The translations under genes were made by a program, and so were the position numbers. DNA of 63,250 nt, counting the filler. It is 6 parts of 6 records of this genome, joined end to end, with 100 filler letters (N's around TTAATTAATTAA, not from the genome) between each part and the next. Parts side by side here need not be neighbours in the genome. Positions count along the whole stretch, not along the records: positions 49,897 to 63,250 come from SRR31156797_4153; 5 more parts are not named here. One strand, written 5' to 3'. The notes beneath the pieces are model-generated. The model saw only the letters and a list, made by a program, of their open reading frames with translations, had not been told where the DNA came from and ran no database searches. This document shows positions 59,053 through 63,250 of this stretch, in pieces (position 1 is the stretch's first letter; the number at the start of each line of letters is the position of its first letter).

Positions 59053-60387
59053 ATGAAACAAATTCTGATTTTTGGTGCTGGTCGGTCCAGTAAGGTATTA
59101 ATTCAGTATTTAACTGAAAATGCTGAGCAATTCGATTGGCATATTACTGTTCTTGATGTTGGAAAATTTGAAAAGAAAAATATTCAAAGGTTCAATTATA
59201 AAAGTGTAGATGTAAACGACGAGCCGGCGCGGGATGAAGAAGTTAAGAATGCCGATTTGGTAATTTCAATGCTTCCTGCCAGGTTCCACTTGCTTGTGGC
59301 TGAATCTTGTCTGAAATTTTCAAAAAACCTGCTTACAGCATCGTACGAAACGGCAGAAATGAAAAGACTGGAAACAGAGGTGAAAGATAAAGGATTGTTC
59401 TTTTTAAATGAATGTGGTCTTGACCCGGGCCTCGATCATATGTCGGCAATGAAAATTATAAACCAAATTAAAAACAATGGGAATGAACTTTTAAGTTTCG
59501 AATCGTTTACCGGTGGGTTGGTGGCTCCCGAGTCAGATAATAATCCGTGGCATTACAAATTTAGCTGGAACCCCCGAAATGTAGTTCTTGCCGGAAAAGA
59601 CGGACCGGCAAAATTTATTCAGAATGGTAAATTTAAATACATTCCTTACAACCGGCTATTCAGACGAACAGAATTGATTGAAATAGAGAATTACGGATTA
59701 TTTGAAGGGTATGCCAATCGCAATTCTTTAAAATATATTCAGCAATATAATTTACAGGGTATTCCAACTATTTACCGGGGTACTTTGCGGCGACCCGGAT
59801 TTTCACGCGCATGGAATGTTTTTGTTCAGCTGGGGGCAACCGACGATTCTTATTTCATGGAAAATGTAGAGAATATGACGTACCGTGAGTTTATAAATTC
59901 ATTCTTATATTATCATCCTTCCGATTCAGTTGAGTTGAAATTATACCATTACATGCACATCGATCAGGATTCAGATATTATTCAGAAACTGAAATGGCTG
60001 GGTATTTTTGATAATACAAAAATTGGATTAAAACGAGCTACTCCGGCTCAGATTCTGGAACATATCCTGAAACAAAAATGGCAACTTCTGCCTGATGATA
60101 AAGACATGATTGTAATGTGGCATAAATTTAATTACCGTGAAAAATCTTCAGGAATTGAAAAAGAGCTAACCAGTTCGCTGGTAGTTAAAGGAGAAAACAG
60201 AGAAAATACTGCCATGGCAAAAACGGTTGGACTTCCATTGGCAATTGCAGCTAAATTGGTGCTTACCCGAAAAATAAATTTGACAGGAATGTACATTCCA
60301 ACATCACACAAAATTTATGCGCCTATTTTGAATGAACTTCAAACTTTTGGAATTCAATTCTCTGAAAAAGAACAGGTAGTGCATTAA
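59053..60387 (+). CDS. Saccharopine dehydrogenase (second paralog)
   Basis: FGAGRSS, ISMLP, TASY, NECGLDPGLDHM, YKFSWNP, YANRNS, RGTLR, MAKTVGLP. Confidence 0.9.
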   Translation: MKQILIFGAGRSSKVLIQYLTENAEQFDWHITVLDVGKFEKKNIQRFNYKSVDVNDEPARDEEVKNADLVISMLPARFHLLVAESCLKFSKNLLTASYETAEMKRLETEVKDKGLFFLNECGLDPGLDHMSAMKIINQIKNNGNELLSFESFTGGLVAPESDNNPWHYKFSWNPRNVVLAGKDGPAKFIQNGKFKYIPYNRLFRRTELIEIENYGLFEGYANRNSLKYIQQYNLQGIPTIYRGTLRRPGFSRAWNVFVQLGATDDSYFMENVENMTYREFINSFLYYHPSDSVELKLYHYMHIDQDSDIIQKLKWLGIFDNTKIGLKRATPAQILEHILKQKWQLLPDDKDMIVMWHKFNYREKSSGIEKELTSSLVVKGENRENTAMAKTVGLPLAIAAKLVLTRKINLTGMYIPTSHKIYAPILNELQTFGIQFSEKEQVVH

Positions 60388-60400
60388 TTTTATATTGGTT

Positions 60401-60440
60401 AAGGATTTCATCTGTAAGCTGACGGATGACATCCTTTGTT
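60401..60440 (+). terminator. Hairpin terminating the catabolic operon
   Basis: AAGGATTTCATCTGT/ACGGATGACATCCTT stem followed by a T-rich tract. Confidence 0.6.
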
Positions 60441-60514
60441 TTTCCCGACTTTCTCACATTTTGTTTTCTCCCTATTTCATCTATCTTTGGTTTTATCATT
60501 CTAAGCCAATTATC

Positions 60515-61786
60515 ATGAACCGGAGATTTTTACTTTTTACACTTGTAATTTTTTTTACCGTATTTAATTCCTTTGCACAAGACGCGGAGAACTGGACTCA
60601 TTTTCGCAGCACCGCAATGGATGGACATGCACAGGTAGAAAAAGCCCCATTACAGTGGAACGATTCAACGAATATAGTTTGGAAAACTCCGGTAAAAGGA
60701 TTGGGATGGTCTTCTCCGGTAATTTTTGAAAATCAAATTTGGATTACTTCAGCAAGTAAAGAGGGGAATGAGTTTTATACGCTGTGTTTCGATTTGGAAA
60801 CGGGAGAATTATTAGATGATAAAACAATATTTACCAGCGAAGAGCCGCAGCGAATACACGGAACAAATTCGTATGCCACTCCAACGCCTTGTATCGAAGA
60901 AGGTTTTGTATATGTTCATTACGGAACTTTTGGAACAGCTTGTATAAATACCAATAATTTTGAAGTGGTTTGGAAACGCGAAGACATGCCTTGTGATCAT
61001 ATGCAGGGGCCGGCTTCTTCTCTTATTCTTCATGAAAATATGTTAATTGTTCATTTGGAGGGAACTGAAAATCCGTATGTTGCAGCACTGGATAAACGCA
61101 CCGGTGAAACCATTTGGAAAAGTGTTCGTCCGGCTGATGTTTATGATCCGCTGGAACCGGTTTTCCGAAAATCATATCAAACTCCAATTGTAATAAATGT
61201 GGGGGGCCGGGAACTGTTAATTAGTAACTCTGCCTTTTTGTGTTTTGCTCACGATGTAAATACCGGCGAAGTGGTTTGGACAATTGAATATGGATACGAT
61301 TCAACCGTGAGTCAGCCACTGTTTTGGAACGGACTTGTTTATGTAAATTCAGGTTGGATTTTTCTGGATGGAAAACCGAATTTTACCAGGCAATATGCAG
61401 TTGATCCAACCGGGACAGGCGATATAACAAAAACACATGTAAAATGGATGTATGAAGATGAGGTTCCGCAAATTCCAACTCCGGTTATTGTTGAAGGAAA
61501 AATGTATATGGTTCACGATCGAGGAATGGTAACCTGTTTGGATGCAACAACCGGCAATGTTATCTGGAAAGAAGAATTAAAAGGGAACTTTAACGCTTCA
61601 CCCATTTATGCTGCCGGAAATATCTATTTCATAAACGTAAAAGGTTATTGCACCATAATAAAACCGGGAGATTCTTTTCAAAAAGTAGCTGAAAACGATA
61701 TCGGTGAAACTGTAAAAGCGGTGCCTGTTTTTGTTCGCGATAAAATGATTTTACGAACGGATAAGAATTTGTACTTAATAAAATAA
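60515..61786 (+). CDS. Exported PQQ-like (BamB-type) beta-propeller protein
   Basis: Signal peptide from ATG 60515 (TATCTTTG -7 element at 60482); ENW..FR, GWSSPV, YATPTP and repeated TG..W motifs. Confidence 0.85.
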   Translation: MNRRFLLFTLVIFFTVFNSFAQDAENWTHFRSTAMDGHAQVEKAPLQWNDSTNIVWKTPVKGLGWSSPVIFENQIWITSASKEGNEFYTLCFDLETGELLDDKTIFTSEEPQRIHGTNSYATPTPCIEEGFVYVHYGTFGTACINTNNFEVVWKREDMPCDHMQGPASSLILHENMLIVHLEGTENPYVAALDKRTGETIWKSVRPADVYDPLEPVFRKSYQTPIVINVGGRELLISNSAFLCFAHDVNTGEVVWTIEYGYDSTVSQPLFWNGLVYVNSGWIFLDGKPNFTRQYAVDPTGTGDITKTHVKWMYEDEVPQIPTPVIVEGKMYMVHDRGMVTCLDATTGNVIWKEELKGNFNASPIYAAGNIYFINVKGYCTIIKPGDSFQKVAENDIGETVKAVPVFVRDKMILRTDKNLYLIK

Positions 61787-61865
61787 AAAAACCGGTTTCT
61801 TTCTGTCAAAAAGGATTCTTTTTGTTTACCCATATTTTATTCGGGTGATTTTCTGATAAAAATAT

Positions 61866-61906
61866 GGATGTCATCTTTCCAAACGGAGAATAGAAAGATG
61901 ACATCC
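61866..61906. repeat. 14-bp-stem inverted repeat GGATGTCATCTTTC/GAAAGATGACATCC
   Basis: Perfect stem with a 13-nt loop, intergenic. Confidence 0.75.
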
Positions 61907-62022
61907 GTTGAAAGCTTCCAAACGTAATTTCTTTTATTCCTGCTGATTTACTCTCGACATTAAATTTCGTTGTTAAAAGTGCGATTTAATTGTCTTTTCA
62001 TTTTTCTAAGTCAAAACTTTTT

Positions 62023-62030
62023 TACTTTTG
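62023..62030 (+). promoter_or_regulatory. Bacteroidetes-type -7 element (TACTTTTG) for typA
   Basis: TAnnTTTG match about 100 nt upstream of the ATG. Confidence 0.5.
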
Positions 62031-62131
62031 CGCGCCGGTTTGCCGGAGTTTTTGCTAATCTGCCTGAGATTCTTGCATTTAGGAAAACTTTTTATGGCGA
62101 AATTGGTTTAAGATTTTAGTAAAATTAGAAA

Positions 62132-63250
62132 ATGACAGAAATTAGAAATATTGCGATTATCGCTCACGTCGACCATGGAAAAACAACACTGGTTGACCGT
62201 ATTTTGCATCAGGCAAATTTATTTAGGGAAAACCAGGAGGTACAGGAGTTGTTCCTCGACAATAATGAACTGGAACGCGAACGCGGAATTACCATTTTGT
62301 CGAAAAATGTATCTGTTCGTTACAAAGAAACAAAAATTAATATTATTGATACTCCCGGTCACTCCGATTTCGGCGGTGAAGTAGAGCGTGTTTTAAACAT
62401 GGCAAATGGAGTTTTACTTATTGTTGATGCATTTGAAGGCCCCATGCCACAAACCCGGTTTGTGCTGCAAAAAGCCATCGAACTGGGATTGAAACCAATT
62501 GTAGTTGTTAATAAAGTCGATAAGCCAAATTGTACTCCCGATATTGCTCAGGAAAAAGTTTTTGACTTAATGTTTAGTCTCGAAGCAACTGAAGACCAGT
62601 TGGATTTTCCAACAGTCTTTGGATCATCAAAAGTGGGTTGGATGGGAGCCGACTGGAAAGAGCCAACCACAGATGTTACCTATTTACTGGATGCGATTTT
62701 GGAACATATTCCGGCATCAAAGCCAATCGATGGTTCGGTACAAATGCGAATTACTTCGCTCGACTATTCCTCTTACACCGGGCGAATTGCCGTAGGAAAA
62801 GTAACCCGGGGAGAACTGGTTCCGGGAACCCAGGTGTCGCTTGTAAAACGCGACGGGAAAGTGGTTAAAACAACAGCTAAAGAGATTTACCTTTTTGAAG
62901 GTTTAGGAAAAGAAAAAACTAAATCGCCGGTACCATGTGGCGAAATTTGTGCAGTTTTAGGATTGGATGGTTTTGATATTGGAGACACAATTGCCGATGG
63001 TGAGGTGCCCGAAGGATTAACACCAATTCGTGTCGATGAACCAACCATGAGCATGATGTTTGTAGCAAATAATTCGCCGTTTTTTGGCAAAGACGGAAAA
63101 TTTGTAACATCACGTCAGTTGCGCGACAGGCTGTTTAAAGAAATAGAAAAAAACCTGGCATTGCGCGTTGAAGAGACAAATTCAGCCGATTCATTTCTGG
63201 TATATGGAAGGGGAATCCTTCACCTTTCAATATTAATTGAAACCATGCGT
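62132..63250 (+). CDS. typA: Translational GTPase TypA/BipA (3' end runs off the window)
   Basis: Not in the ORF track. Manual translation: MTEIRNIAIIAHVDHGKTTLVD, ERERGITILSKN, DTPGHSDFGGEVER, EGPMPQTRFVL, NKVD, GRGILHLSILIETMR. Confidence 0.97.
   Translation, partial: MTEIRNIAIIAHVDHGKTTLVDRILHQANLFRENQEVQELFLDNNELERERGITILSKNVSVRYKETKINIIDTPGHSDFGGEVERVLNMANGVLLIVDAFEGPMPQTRFVLQKAIELGLKPIVVVNKVDKPNCTPDIAQEKVFDLMFSLEATEDQLDFPTVFGSSKVGWMGADWKEPTTDVTYLLDAILEHIPASKPIDGSVQMRITSLDYSSYTGRIAVGKVTRGELVPGTQVSLVKRDGKVVKTTAKEIYLFEGLGKEKTKSPVPCGEICAVLGLDGFDIGDTIADGEVPEGLTPIRVDEPTMSMMFVANNSPFFGKDGKFVTSRQLRDRLFKEIEKNLALRVEETNSADSFLVYGRGILHLSILIETMR

Overview
This is not one continuous locus. It is six contigs joined by artificial 100-nt spacers (N44-TTAATTAATTAA-N44 at 10045-10144, 23329-23428, 29289-29388, 36952-37051, 49797-49896), so linkage holds only within a contig. 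Taxonomic labels are inferred from gene content and base composition. (1) 1-10044, AT-rich Bacteroidetes-like: secDF, a MacB-type ABC pair divergent from a sigma-54 two-component system, rex and a tRNA fragment. (2) 10145-23328, deltaproteobacterial-like beta-oxidation cluster with DUF362, DUF2804, a divergent LarA-family protein and an ADP-ribosylglycohydrolase. (3) 23429-29288, a glycan biosynthesis cassette (ABC exporter, SpsF-like cytidylyltransferase/class III aminotransferase fusion, radical SAM, GT2) bounded by a 42-bp inverted repeat. (4) 29389-36951, Bacteroidetes-like: rnhA, psd, ECF sigma module, rnhB, GT4, flippase. (5) 37052-49796, Desulfovibrio-like molybdenum locus: mop, duplicated modAB, a TunR-type regulator with its palindrome, tpx, tRNA-Thr. 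(6) 49897-63250, Bacteroidetes-like. The main finding is in contig 6: a tightly coupled operon of a KamA-family radical SAM aminomutase, PcaIJ, a class III aminotransferase, PcaF, an ALDH7-type dehydrogenase and saccharopine dehydrogenases. I infer a lysine catabolic route via 2-aminoadipate, 3-aminoadipate and 3-oxoadipate to succinyl-CoA + acetyl-CoA. I do not know of this route having been described, and it is untested.
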